This document shows, in pieces, positions 46,141 to 55,470 of a stretch of DNA of 64,000 bases. The notes under the pieces were generated by a model, which searched no databases, was not told where the DNA came from, and worked only from the letters and a program-made list of their open reading frames with translations. Source of the DNA: Nannocystales bacterium. Its GTDB lineage: Bacteria; Myxococcota_A; Polyangia; Nannocystales; Nannocystaceae. The stretch covers positions 32,001 to 96,000 of the forward strand of contig JBOEGF010000014.1 of the NCBI GenBank assembly GCA_050633305.1, written 5' to 3'. The position numbers and the translations under genes are program-made. The first letter of the stretch is position 1. Each line of letters opens with the position of its first letter.

Positions 46141-48507
46141 ATGGATACGAAAACGATGCGCTGGCTTCTGTCGAGTGGACTTGTGGCGACCGGACTCACG
46201 GGGTGTGCGGACCCGTGTTCAGACGATGGGCTTCTCCAGGACGAGGTCTCGGAGTGCCCTGTGGACGTCGGTGGCGGAGGTGAATCCGACACCGAATCCG
46301 ACACCGACTCTGTGACGGACTCGGACTCGGACTCGGATTCGGATTCGGACTCGGACTCCGACTCGGATTCAGGCACGGACTCGGACACCGACTCGGAGAC
46401 GGAGAGCGGCACGGACTCGGACACCGAGGGTGGCGGCGACTGCATGGACGGGATGCAGAACGGCGACGAGACCGACGTGGACTGCGGCAATACCTGTGGC
46501 GCCACGTGCGAGGACGGCGAGGGCTGCGATGACGGAGACGATTGTGTCTCCGGTGTCTGCAACGAGGACACGCTGACCTGTGAGCAGGGGGAGCCGGTGT
46601 CCTACTGCGAGGATGCCGACGCCGACGGGTTTGGTGACCCGGACACCTGTGTCGACGTGCCTCCGGGCGAGGATCCTCCCGACGGCAGCGTGCCCAACGG
46701 GGACGATTGCGCCGACGACAACGGCAACGCATACCCCGGGGCGGCGGCGGAAGAGCCGGACCTGTGTGCCGAGGACGAGGACGGCGATGGCTACGGTGAT
46801 GCTGACCCTCCCGATGGCGTCGACCCCGGTTCTGACTGCGTCGACACCGAGGCGGACATCTATCCCGGTGCCGCCGAGCTGGAGCCGGAGTTGTGTACCG
46901 CTGATGTCGACGACGACGGCTATGGTGATGACAGCGCGACCGAGATCGACCCGGGCGCAGACGACGGCACCGACTGTGCCGATGACAACCCGAACGCATT
47001 CCCGGGGTCGGCCCCCAACGATAGCCCCACCGCGTGTCTCGAAGACGAGGATGGCGACGACTACGGCGACGCCGATCCCCCCGAGGGCGTTGAGGCGGGC
47101 ACGGACTGCAACGACATGGATGAGTCCGTGCCGTTCATCGTCGAGGGCATTCCCGACGACTGTCCCACCGCGGAACTCCTCGATGGGTCGCTAGGTTGCG
47201 AGTTCTACGCGATGCCACTGGCCAACGACGCTGGGGCTCCGCCGACCTACCAGCTGCTGCTGGCGAATGCGCATCCGTCCAACACGGCGTCGGTCACCAT
47301 CGAGACGCTCATCGGTGGTGTGTGGACTCCGCTGGTCGGACCCGTCGACATCCCGCCCGAGGCTCAGATCGTTGAGGATGTTCCGTACAACGCGTCGGGA
47401 TCGACGGCGATCTCCGTGGGCGGTGCGTATCGGGTCGTGTCCGATGTTCCGATCGCTGCGTACCAGGCATCGATCTCCCAATTCACCTCTGACGCCTCGC
47501 TTCTCATCCCGGTGGCGTCGTGGGACTCCGACTACGACGTCGTTGGATACGACGGTGTCAACGGGACCTTCGGAGAGTATGTCGCAGTCGTCGCGGGGGA
47601 GGATGCGACCGACGTGACGATCTCCCCGTCTCAGACGATCATCGGTGGCGGTGGAGTGCCGGCCATCCCAGCCGGGGGCTCCGATGTGATCACGCTCGAT
47701 GAGGGTGACGTTGTCGTCATGATGGCGACGGGCACGAACGGGACCTCGGACGCCTCTCTCACCGGGACGCTCATTTCCTCGAGCGCCCCCGTCGGGGTCT
47801 TCACGGGGAGCGAGTGCAGCAACGTCCCCGGTGGGAACAGCTTCTGCGACCACCTCGAGGAGATGCAGACGCCCACCAATACGGCTTCCAACACCGTTGT
47901 CGCCGCTCGTATGCCTCCACGCGGCGTGGTGGTCGAGGATGCGGTGTGGCAGATCTACGCCGTCGAAGACGCGGAGGTCAGCTTCGATGCGCTTCCGGGC
48001 GTGACGGGACTTCCTGGCGCTCCGGTCAGCATTGCAGCGGGAGAATCCCTGGAGTTGTCCGTCGGCGGGACGGTCGCCGAGCCCGGTGACTTCGTGGCGG
48101 AGTCCGACGCTCCGATCATCATCTCTCAGTTCCTCGCTGGCTCCACCACCGTCGGTACCGTGGCTCCCGGGATGGCCTCGGGCGACCCTGCCCACGTGAT
48201 CATGCCCGGCGCTTCCCAGTTGCTCGAGGCCTACGTCGTGAGCACCGTGAGCGGCAACGTCGCCAACCACCTCACGGTCACGCGCCAGACCGGGTCCGGC
48301 GACATCGACCTCAACGGGGTCGCGCTGGCGGCCGCAGACTTCGTCGCGATCTCGGGCGAATGGGAGGTCGCGCGGGTCGCGATCACCGAAGGCTCGCACG
48401 TACTGACGAGCGCGGATGCGTTTGCGGTTGTTGTGTCCGGCTACAACGAAGACAACAGCTACGCGTATCTCGGTGGTGGCCAGGCACGCGCGTTGGTCTG
48501 CGAATAG
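46141..48507 (+). CDS. Surface lipoprotein: Ser-Asp repeats, DxDGDGYGD/DCxD metal-binding repeats, IgGFc-binding domain
   Basis: Lipobox LTGC, (SD)n tract, NGDETDVDCG, GCEFYA, SDASLLIP, CDHLEE, GDPA, SYAYLGG. Confidence 0.85.
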   Translation: MDTKTMRWLLSSGLVATGLTGCADPCSDDGLLQDEVSECPVDVGGGGESDTESDTDSVTDSDSDSDSDSDSDSDSDSGTDSDTDSETESGTDSDTEGGGDCMDGMQNGDETDVDCGNTCGATCEDGEGCDDGDDCVSGVCNEDTLTCEQGEPVSYCEDADADGFGDPDTCVDVPPGEDPPDGSVPNGDDCADDNGNAYPGAAAEEPDLCAEDEDGDGYGDADPPDGVDPGSDCVDTEADIYPGAAELEPELCTADVDDDGYGDDSATEIDPGADDGTDCADDNPNAFPGSAPNDSPTACLEDEDGDDYGDADPPEGVEAGTDCNDMDESVPFIVEGIPDDCPTAELLDGSLGCEFYAMPLANDAGAPPTYQLLLANAHPSNTASVTIETLIGGVWTPLVGPVDIPPEAQIVEDVPYNASGSTAISVGGAYRVVSDVPIAAYQASISQFTSDASLLIPVASWDSDYDVVGYDGVNGTFGEYVAVVAGEDATDVTISPSQTIIGGGGVPAIPAGGSDVITLDEGDVVVMMATGTNGTSDASLTGTLISSSAPVGVFTGSECSNVPGGNSFCDHLEEMQTPTNTASNTVVAARMPPRGVVVEDAVWQIYAVEDAEVSFDALPGVTGLPGAPVSIAAGESLELSVGGTVAEPGDFVAESDAPIIISQFLAGSTTVGTVAPGMASGDPAHVIMPGASQLLEAYVVSTVSGNVANHLTVTRQTGSGDIDLNGVALAAADFVAISGEWEVARVAITEGSHVLTSADAFAVVVSGYNEDNSYAYLGGGQARALVCE
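46283..46425 (+). repeat. GACTCG/GATTCG hexamer repeat (Ser-Asp tract)
   Basis: Visible directly; encodes DSDSDSDSDSDSDSDSDS. Confidence 0.85.
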
Positions 48508-48673
48508 GGCTTGCGCTTCTCGCGCCGAAAAAAGGGGCGAACCAGGGTTAAACCGTTTGCGGCAAGCGAGGCTCTTAGGGGGGACCGCCATGAAAGCCTG
48601 CGCGTTTGCTTCCCACAGTCTTGTCACAACAACCCTTTCCGAGATGCCCGTGCGTCGTGGAGAAGGGGCGTAG

Positions 48674-50059
48674 ATGGGACCTGCCTACTCTATCGCCCTG
48701 CTGGGCGTGATTGTCGCGTTCGGAAACTCCGGCAACCTGGCCGCGCAACGCGATCCGCAGGCCATCCTCGGAGGTGCGCCGGTGGATGCATGCGCGTGGC
48801 CTTCGGCGGCTCGGGTCACGGTCGGCCCCGCCATCCAGGGGGCAGTGCTCATCCATCCGCGTGTCGCTCTGCTGACCAGTGCCCTTCAGAGATACGCCGG
48901 GCCTGGTGACTCATACCGGTTCATCTTCGGCCACTCCGGGACCGGGGACCTGGATGGCGTCGCCGACCTCCAGAACTGCCATTTCGACGGGGTCTTTGGT
49001 GTTTGCGTGCTCAACGAACCCGTTGATCTGCCGTTCGCACCGCCGCTGTTCGGGTGCGAAACGACGAACCTTGGGGTGGGTGCCGCAACCACGCTCGTCG
49101 GTTTTGGTGACGTCGGAAAACAGCCGAATGACGTTAGGCGAGCGGCTCTGGCGACGGTCGACGAGGTCCTCGATACAGGCATCTTCCTGCTGGACGGAGG
49201 GGTGGGCCCGTGTGCGGGCGACGCTGGTTCCCCTGCGTTCCTGCGACTCGAAGATGGCTCCTGGCGGACGGTAGGGATTGCGAGCACCACCGGGTGTAGC
49301 GGTGTTCCGTATCTCACCGTCAGCGACCGGGTGCCTTGGGTCGAGGAAGTGACCGGGATCGACGTGACACCATGTCACGACGCAGACGGGTTTCCCGACG
49401 CTGGGTCTGACTGTGCAGGGTTCTTCGCCGGAGATGCAGATAACATCGGAACTTGGGCCGACGTTTTCTGCGAAGACGGACCGAGGGGAGGGAGTGGAGG
49501 AGTCTGCAGTTCGGACGAACTGCCGCCGAGTGTGACCATCGATGCGCCTGGCGCTGGCACGAGCTACCCCGACGCGCCGTCCTCTGTTGTCGTCGAGGTG
49601 AGTGCCGACGATGCGGAGGGCTTGGGGGTCCGTGACGTCCGGCTGGTGATCAACGGCGAGGTGTTGGGGAGCGAGCGTTCCCAACCTCCGTACACCTTCG
49701 ATGTAGACCTGCCCGAAGGGATTTGGGTTCTCAGGGCCCTGGCTCGCGACTGGGGCGGCAACGAAGCCGAGTCCAGAGAGGTGGAGGTGCTGGTCGGAGA
49801 CGTGATGGTTCCGCCGACGCCAGGCACGGGCACAAGCACAGGCGCAGGACACCCGGGTGAAACCGAATCGGGTGAGTCCTCAGAAACGACGACCTCGGAC
49901 GGTTCCGGTGTTCCGCCCATTGACACCAGCGGTGGCACTGACGTCGACGGTGGGCAAGCCGAACCCGTCGGAGGAGGCTGTGGCGTGGGCGGTCGCAGTC
50001 ATCCCGGGTTGATGGCGGTGTTGCTGATGTGCGGGGTGCTTTTTACTCGGCGACGGTGA
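48674..50059 (+). CDS. Trypsin-like (S1) domain + Ig-like domain + MYXO-CTERM; catalytically degenerate
   Basis: ILGGAPV, LIHPRVALLTSA, CAGDAGSP (cf. GDSGGP), Big-like PPYTFDV...ARDWGGN, C-terminal GGCGV...TM...TRRR. Confidence 0.8.
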   Translation: MGPAYSIALLGVIVAFGNSGNLAAQRDPQAILGGAPVDACAWPSAARVTVGPAIQGAVLIHPRVALLTSALQRYAGPGDSYRFIFGHSGTGDLDGVADLQNCHFDGVFGVCVLNEPVDLPFAPPLFGCETTNLGVGAATTLVGFGDVGKQPNDVRRAALATVDEVLDTGIFLLDGGVGPCAGDAGSPAFLRLEDGSWRTVGIASTTGCSGVPYLTVSDRVPWVEEVTGIDVTPCHDADGFPDAGSDCAGFFAGDADNIGTWADVFCEDGPRGGSGGVCSSDELPPSVTIDAPGAGTSYPDAPSSVVVEVSADDAEGLGVRDVRLVINGEVLGSERSQPPYTFDVDLPEGIWVLRALARDWGGNEAESREVEVLVGDVMVPPTPGTGTSTGAGHPGETESGESSETTTSDGSGVPPIDTSGGTDVDGGQAEPVGGGCGVGGRSHPGLMAVLLMCGVLFTRRR

Positions 50060-50106
50060 TTGGGCGTCGCGATGCCCTGCCGGGTCAGTACCAGCCTTGT
50101 CGTGGT

Positions 50107-51267
50107 CTACGCGTCCTCGCCCTGCTCGCGCTCCATCGCGATCCCGCTTGCCTCGGTCTTGCGAGCCTCAGCCTTGCGCTTCGCTACATACAGCCGTTCT
50201 CCGCGATCCGTCACCCGACCGACTGGGATGAGAGACGCGTCGCGTTGCGGCGGTGCAGTGTCCATTCCTCGCTCCGCCCGTGTGAACCGCTTCTTCCACT
50301 GTGGGAACGTCAGCGGCTTCTGACTCGGGTCCGTGCCATCGCCCAGAACGTGCTCGACCACGGGTTGGAGCGGAACGAACACGGGGTGGAGTTCGGCGGG
50401 GTCATACCCATCGCCGCGGTCGAACAACCCGCCGCAGATCGATCGCAGCGAACATGCATCGCAGGCCTCGGTGTAGATGTGTCCCCAGGCGGTCTGCCGT
50501 ACGGTCTGCTTGTCGTCCAGGAAGTGAACGATGCGTTCTTCTCCTTTGACGATCTTGCGGGTCTCGGTGCTGGCCCACGCGAAGTCGGTCATGTAGCACA
50601 GCGGAACCTTCTCCACGCGGAAGGTCCGGCCGCTGCGATGCAGGAGCTTCATCGCTCGGTGCAGCGAGAGCTCAAACTCGGCCAGCCGGGGGGTGAATGT
50701 GGCCTGGTTGACCTCGGCACGACCCATCGAGGGGTCGAGGTTGTTCCAGACGAAGTGCCGGATGTGCGGGTGCTGCTTCACCAACACGCGGATGTTCTCG
50801 TGTAGGTGGTCGGCGTTGAGCTTGTTGATGACGCAGTTGATGTTGACTTCGATTCCGAATCGAGCCGCGTTGTCAATGGCGGCGTAGGCTTTGGACAGGG
50901 TGTCTTCGGTGCCGCGGAGCCTGGCCTCGATCTCGGGTCGAACCGAGTAGACCGACACGTGGACCAGCCGAACGCCCGCCTCGGCCAGCGCCTGGGCGAA
51001 GTCGGGTTGTGAGAGCCGCGAGCCGTTGGTGATGAGCCGAACATGCAGTCCTTGCTCGCTTGCGTAGGCGGCGATCTTGGGGAGCTCGGGGTGCAGCGTT
51101 GGTTCGCCCCCGGTGAGGATGATGCCGAAGTATCCGCGCTCGACAAAGTCGTCGACGAGCACGCGCATGCTGTCGAAGTCGTGGGTGTACGGCGTCGTCG
51201 GGTTCGAGCAGAAGCCGCAGACGTGGTTGCAGTGCCGGACGACCTGCAGGTAGCCGATGTTGGCCAG
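50107..51267 (-). CDS. Radical SAM protein, HxsC-like; apparent CTG start
   Basis: The frame is open 33 codons upstream of the ATG at 51168 and contains the essential CNHVCGFC motif; then LTGGEPTLH, TNG, VPLC, CDACSLRSICGG...AELHP. Confidence 0.85.
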   Translation of the reverse strand: MANIGYLQVVRHCNHVCGFCSNPTTPYTHDFDSMRVLVDDFVERGYFGIILTGGEPTLHPELPKIAAYASEQGLHVRLITNGSRLSQPDFAQALAEAGVRLVHVSVYSVRPEIEARLRGTEDTLSKAYAAIDNAARFGIEVNINCVINKLNADHLHENIRVLVKQHPHIRHFVWNNLDPSMGRAEVNQATFTPRLAEFELSLHRAMKLLHRSGRTFRVEKVPLCYMTDFAWASTETRKIVKGEERIVHFLDDKQTVRQTAWGHIYTEACDACSLRSICGGLFDRGDGYDPAELHPVFVPLQPVVEHVLGDGTDPSQKPLTFPQWKKRFTRAERGMDTAPPQRDASLIPVGRVTDRGERLYVAKRKAEARKTEASGIAMEREQGEDA

Positions 51268-51488
51268 AGTCTACACAGTCTACCCGCCCTCTTGCGATCG
51301 GGGCACCACAGTCGCGCGCACCGACACGAATGTCGCGGTGTGGGGCGAGGTGGCGCGGCGGTTACACGGATGGAAGCTTGGCACGGCAGTTGTATTCAAG
51401 GCCGTCGGCTTGACTGGATTGGCGGCGAAGCTCCTTGGGGGAGAGCGCTGCAGAATTGGCTTGGTGAATGGGACAACTTCTAGGTCTG

Positions 51489-52241
51489 ATGACGAGCCTG
51501 CTCGAACAACACGAGCAGGTTCCGGGTTGCTGGGGTGGTACGACGGCGGTGGCGGATGCTGCTCGCGCGCTGCGGGGCCGAGGTCATGCCTCGATCTGCC
51601 CTTCCATGACGTTCGCCTCGGGTGCGGACGACGTGGTGGGATCCTGGTTGGCTGAGGCTGCGCATGCGGAGAGTGGCTCTTGGATGGCGTTGCGGGCGGT
51701 TGGGCGAGAGCTCCGAGCCCACGACGCGCCGCGAGAGTTGGTGAGCACGGCCCGCGCTGTCTCGGCAGCCGCGCTCAACAATGCGGCGATGCTCGAGACG
51801 CTTGCGTTGCGGTGGGGTGTTCGGCCTCGACAGCCCAAGGTGGTGTCGATCGCGGTTCGGCCCTTGGAGTCCCTCGCGGTCGAGAACGCGATGGAGGGCT
51901 GTGTGCGCGAGACTTGGGCTGCACTGGAGGCGCGGTACCAATCATTGGCGGCCCGTGACCCCGTGATTCGCCGAACGATGGAGCGAGTCGCGTGCGATGG
52001 AGTCCGACATGCGGAGTTCTCGTGGGCAGTCGATGCTTGGGCGCGCCGCCGCCTGGAGCGCGAGGCCCGAAAGCGTGTCGAACGGTCTCGCCTGGATGCT
52101 GCGCAGGACCTTCTGGGTGCCCTGTGCATCGAGAGGCAACGGGATCTGTGCGTGGAAGCGGGCCTTCCGACCGTCGCGACCGCGCGGGGGTTGGCAGGGG
52201 CGCTTTGCGAAGCGCTCTGGTCACCGATCCTTGCGAACTGA
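51489..52241 (+). CDS. Myxobacterial ferritin-like domain protein (degenerate)
   Basis: AAHAESGS, ENAMEGCVRETWAAL, DGVRHAEFSWAV; start uncertain (51468 or 51489). Confidence 0.7.
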   Translation: MTSLLEQHEQVPGCWGGTTAVADAARALRGRGHASICPSMTFASGADDVVGSWLAEAAHAESGSWMALRAVGRELRAHDAPRELVSTARAVSAAALNNAAMLETLALRWGVRPRQPKVVSIAVRPLESLAVENAMEGCVRETWAALEARYQSLAARDPVIRRTMERVACDGVRHAEFSWAVDAWARRRLEREARKRVERSRLDAAQDLLGALCIERQRDLCVEAGLPTVATARGLAGALCEALWSPILAN

Positions 52242-52275
52242 GTTCACCGTCGGGATGCTGTATCGTCCTCGTGAC

Positions 52276-53271
52276 GTGAGCGGGACGAAGTGGACAAAGG
52301 GTGTTCTGTGGGCAGCGGTGCTGGTTGCGGCTGGATGCCCGGCGGACTCGGACGAGACAGGATCTGGCACGGATGGTGAGACGTCGACCGGCGATGTCGC
52401 GACGACGGGCACGGACCCTTCGGGCACCACCGCTGAGCCGGGCTCGACTTCGGGTGTCAACGAGAGCGAGACGTCCGACGGGGATAGCTCGAGTGGCGCT
52501 GCCGAGGAGACCGGCGACCCCTCGGGAGGCGATGTGTGCGGCGACATCCCGACGCGCATGATGTTCTTCGGGGACAGTCTGTTCGCCTGCTTTGGGCAAG
52601 ACGGAAAGATCGAGTCGGAGACGTGCAGTGCTCGTCTCTCGCACGAGTACCTGGCCGAGAACTACGCACCCGATGCGACCTACGAAAACCTGGCGGTCAG
52701 TGGAGCGGTCACCCGGGATGTGGTCAACATGCAGCTTCCCGGAGCGCCCGTAGGCATGCCCGGGCACACGCTGGTGGTCGTTTGGGTGGGAGGCAACGAC
52801 ATCTCGCCGCTTCTGTTGCAGTCGGATGCGGCGGCTGAGGATGCGTACCGCAACGAGCTTGTCCCCGAGTTTGAGATGCTCTGGGATGGGATCGAAGCTT
52901 GGGTCGACGACCCCGCGAACTTCCCCGACGGTGCGACGCTGATCATCAACACCCAGTTCAATCCTTTTGACGACTGCAGCGCTGACCCGTACGCGTTCAT
53001 GAGTCCGCTCAAGACGCAGCTGCTCGGCGAGTACAACGACACCCTCAGAGCGCGGGTCGACGCGCGACCCAACACCTACCTCTCCGACCAGTACCCCGTG
53101 TTCCTGGGCCATGGGCACCACTTCGGAACCGAGGGCTGTCCCAACTACGCGGACGGGTCCGCGTACTGGATGCTGGGCGGCGCAGACTTGGTGCACCCCA
53201 ACGGACTCGGCCACGTCTCGATCGCTGGTACGCTCAACGGGGCGCTCGACGAAGTGTTCGCCTGCGAGTGA
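52276..53271 (+). CDS. SGNH/GDSL hydrolase lipoprotein
   Basis: FGDSL, NLAVSGA, VGGND, DLVHPN; lipobox AAGC; start may be ATG 52255. Confidence 0.88.
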   Translation: MSGTKWTKGVLWAAVLVAAGCPADSDETGSGTDGETSTGDVATTGTDPSGTTAEPGSTSGVNESETSDGDSSSGAAEETGDPSGGDVCGDIPTRMMFFGDSLFACFGQDGKIESETCSARLSHEYLAENYAPDATYENLAVSGAVTRDVVNMQLPGAPVGMPGHTLVVVWVGGNDISPLLLQSDAAAEDAYRNELVPEFEMLWDGIEAWVDDPANFPDGATLIINTQFNPFDDCSADPYAFMSPLKTQLLGEYNDTLRARVDARPNTYLSDQYPVFLGHGHHFGTEGCPNYADGSAYWMLGGADLVHPNGLGHVSIAGTLNGALDEVFACE

Positions 53272-53273
53272 GC

Positions 53274-54593
53274 TCAGCCGCCGACCTGGGCAAACATCTG
53301 ACCGAAGAAGTCGGTGTAGGTGCTGGAGCAGACCGAGAACAGCGAAGTGCCCACTTGGTCCCCGTCTTGTGTGAACTCCAGCATCCGCACCGGGGGCACG
53401 GCCTCAATTCCACCACCCAGGCACCCAGAGCCGATCCCGAAGGTCGCCTGGAACGAGTTCGGGTTCGAGGCATCGGGGCCGTCGGCGTAGACGACGTCTT
53501 CGGGCCCCTCGTAGAAGTCCGGGACCCCGGTGATGCCGTACGTGTAGACGCCTGCGCCTGCGACCTTGCTCGCCCGAATGGAAGCAAGACTTTTGGCGTA
53601 TCGCGCGAGTGGACGAATGACGGAGTCGGCTTCGCTTGTCGCATCGGAGCCATCCACAGCCTTGTCATGTGCAACACAAGCGTCGTACTGCGGCGTGCCC
53701 GGGCCTGAGCATTGAACCCCGGCGTTCCAGCAGACGGCGGACGTGGGGGAGATCTGCACATCGGGAAGCGACCAGAACACCTGGTTCCCGACCGATTCCT
53801 CACCCACCACGGTTTGTTCGTGGGTGGGATTGAGGGAGCAGTCGACCTCGTCGGTTACGAAGATCACCACGAGGTGTGCGTTGGGTCGGATGAAACCGTT
53901 CTCCGCGGAGCCCGGGGTCTCGCTCAGGGCCATCGCGAGGTGCATCGCCTCGAGCGGCTGTTCGAAGCCACAGCCGTTGATCCCCATCGGAAGAGAGCAC
54001 GTCAGGGCATCGACCATCGACGTGCCAGCGAGAGTGTTCGAGGACAACCATGGCGGTGCGCCGGGGGCCAAGGACAGTTCGTCGAGGCCGCACAGGTCGG
54101 CGCAAGCTTCGTTGTACGCGTCCGTGTCGGTGCCGACGAAGTAGAAGTCTTCGGAACGACTACGACAACTGGCGGGTGGGACCAGGTGCCCATTGTCGGG
54201 GTCGCCCGTTGCTGAACCCACGCACCAGTAGTTCCCGTTGTCCGTCGTCGTCGATCCGATCCGGTAGTCCAAGCCTGTCGCGTCGAGAGCCGCCACGATG
54301 GAAGCGGCGCTCTCCTGAAGCCGTCGTTGCGCCGCTTCCATGGAACCGGAGTTGTCGAGCACGAACAAGACGTCGAGTCCCTCGACATCCCCTTCTGGCT
54401 GGGCGTCGGTGTCGCTGTCCGTCGTTGTGCCCGCACTCTCGGCCGTCGATGTTCCATCCGTCTGAGCGGTGTCGCCTGCGCTGCCCGAGCCTCCCTCTGT
54501 TTCTCCAGGGAGGTCGCCGAGGTCGATGCTGGGGTTGCAGCCGAGGGTCACGGGAGTGGAGAGGATGAGCAGGGCGGTCAGGTAGGATTTCAC
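53274..54593 (-). CDS. VWA-domain lipoprotein (CglB-like myxobacterial family)
   Basis: DVLFVLDNSGSM (MIDAS), GCGFEQPLEA, FIRPNAHLVVIFVTDEVDCS; GTG start, lipobox TLGC. Confidence 0.85.
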   Translation of the reverse strand: MKSYLTALLILSTPVTLGCNPSIDLGDLPGETEGGSGSAGDTAQTDGTSTAESAGTTTDSDTDAQPEGDVEGLDVLFVLDNSGSMEAAQRRLQESAASIVAALDATGLDYRIGSTTTDNGNYWCVGSATGDPDNGHLVPPASCRSRSEDFYFVGTDTDAYNEACADLCGLDELSLAPGAPPWLSSNTLAGTSMVDALTCSLPMGINGCGFEQPLEAMHLAMALSETPGSAENGFIRPNAHLVVIFVTDEVDCSLNPTHEQTVVGEESVGNQVFWSLPDVQISPTSAVCWNAGVQCSGPGTPQYDACVAHDKAVDGSDATSEADSVIRPLARYAKSLASIRASKVAGAGVYTYGITGVPDFYEGPEDVVYADGPDASNPNSFQATFGIGSGCLGGGIEAVPPVRMLEFTQDGDQVGTSLFSVCSSTYTDFFGQMFAQVGG

Positions 54594-54678
54594 AAGCGAC
54601 TCCAGGATATGTCCACGCCACAGCGACGCGCACGGTTCGATGCGGGAAGGAGCCCGAGAAGGGCGGGGGGATAGTTGA

Positions 54679-55470
54679 CTACTCGCAGGCCGCTTCGATG
54701 CGATCTCGGTGCATCGACTCGGGCCAGCGTTTGTGGAAACGGGATGCGGTGGTGGGACCTGCGGCGTCGCCGGACTCGCACACTGCGAGGGCCCGCAACG
54801 CTTCCCGGTCTTCTGCAAAGGCACCCGACGGATAGGTCGTTGCGTGCCGTCGCGCCAGGTTCAGCACATGCTCATGAGCGCTGCTTCGGAGAGCTGTTTG
54901 CATGCGCTGAATCAACGCGAGCTCCTCCTGAACCGAGGCCTTCGGCTTCGCGGGCGGGCGGACCCGGGTAGGCTTGCTATCGGCACGCGGAGTTCGGGAC
55001 GCCGCATGGGCTGGTGGAGTTGGAGGTGTTGGCTGGGGCCGGACCGCCGGATCGGCTGGCTGGAGCGGCGGTTGCTTGGGCACTGCCGTTGCGGTCGGGA
55101 CGTTCCGAGGCGGGCCCGATGAAGGGCGGGGGGGGCTCGTCGCCGCTCCGCGACCCTGGGGTGTCGAAGAAGCGCGCTCGGTCACCCGGGCCTCGTCGCC
55201 TTCGTCCAAGGTGGTGACACCGACGGCTCCGCCCCCGACGAGTGTGGTTGCGAGCACGACTTTGCCGGCGGTCGTGGAGAGGACGCCCGAGAGCTTTCCA
55301 AGCCCGAGCTTGCCGAGGGTGGAGGCCTTGGCCGTGGCCGTGGGGGCTCCGACGATCGGGACGACGGAAACGAAGCCGCGCTCGATCGAGCGCCAGACCT
55401 CGACGGTTTCGGACTCTGTGGCTTCCGCTGGGGCGGAGCGCTCCGCTGCGATCAGGTCGTCGAGGTTCAT
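54679..55470 (-). CDS. Putative anti-sigma factor (TM + Pro linker + TPR-like C-terminus)
   Basis: Coupled to ECF gene; EELALI...HATTYPSGAFAEDREAL...FHKRWPES. Confidence 0.7.
   Translation of the reverse strand: MNLDDLIAAERSAPAEATESETVEVWRSIERGFVSVVPIVGAPTATAKASTLGKLGLGKLSGVLSTTAGKVVLATTLVGGGAVGVTTLDEGDEARVTERASSTPQGRGAATSPPRPSSGPPRNVPTATAVPKQPPLQPADPAVRPQPTPPTPPAHAASRTPRADSKPTRVRPPAKPKASVQEELALIQRMQTALRSSAHEHVLNLARRHATTYPSGAFAEDREALRALAVCESGDAAGPTTASRFHKRWPESMHRDRIEAACE

Noticed and set aside
51271..51282. Amber readthrough / pyrrolysine at the in-frame TAG codons
   Set aside because: No pyl genes in view, and the frame upstream hits a second TAG within three codons; a CTG start is simpler.
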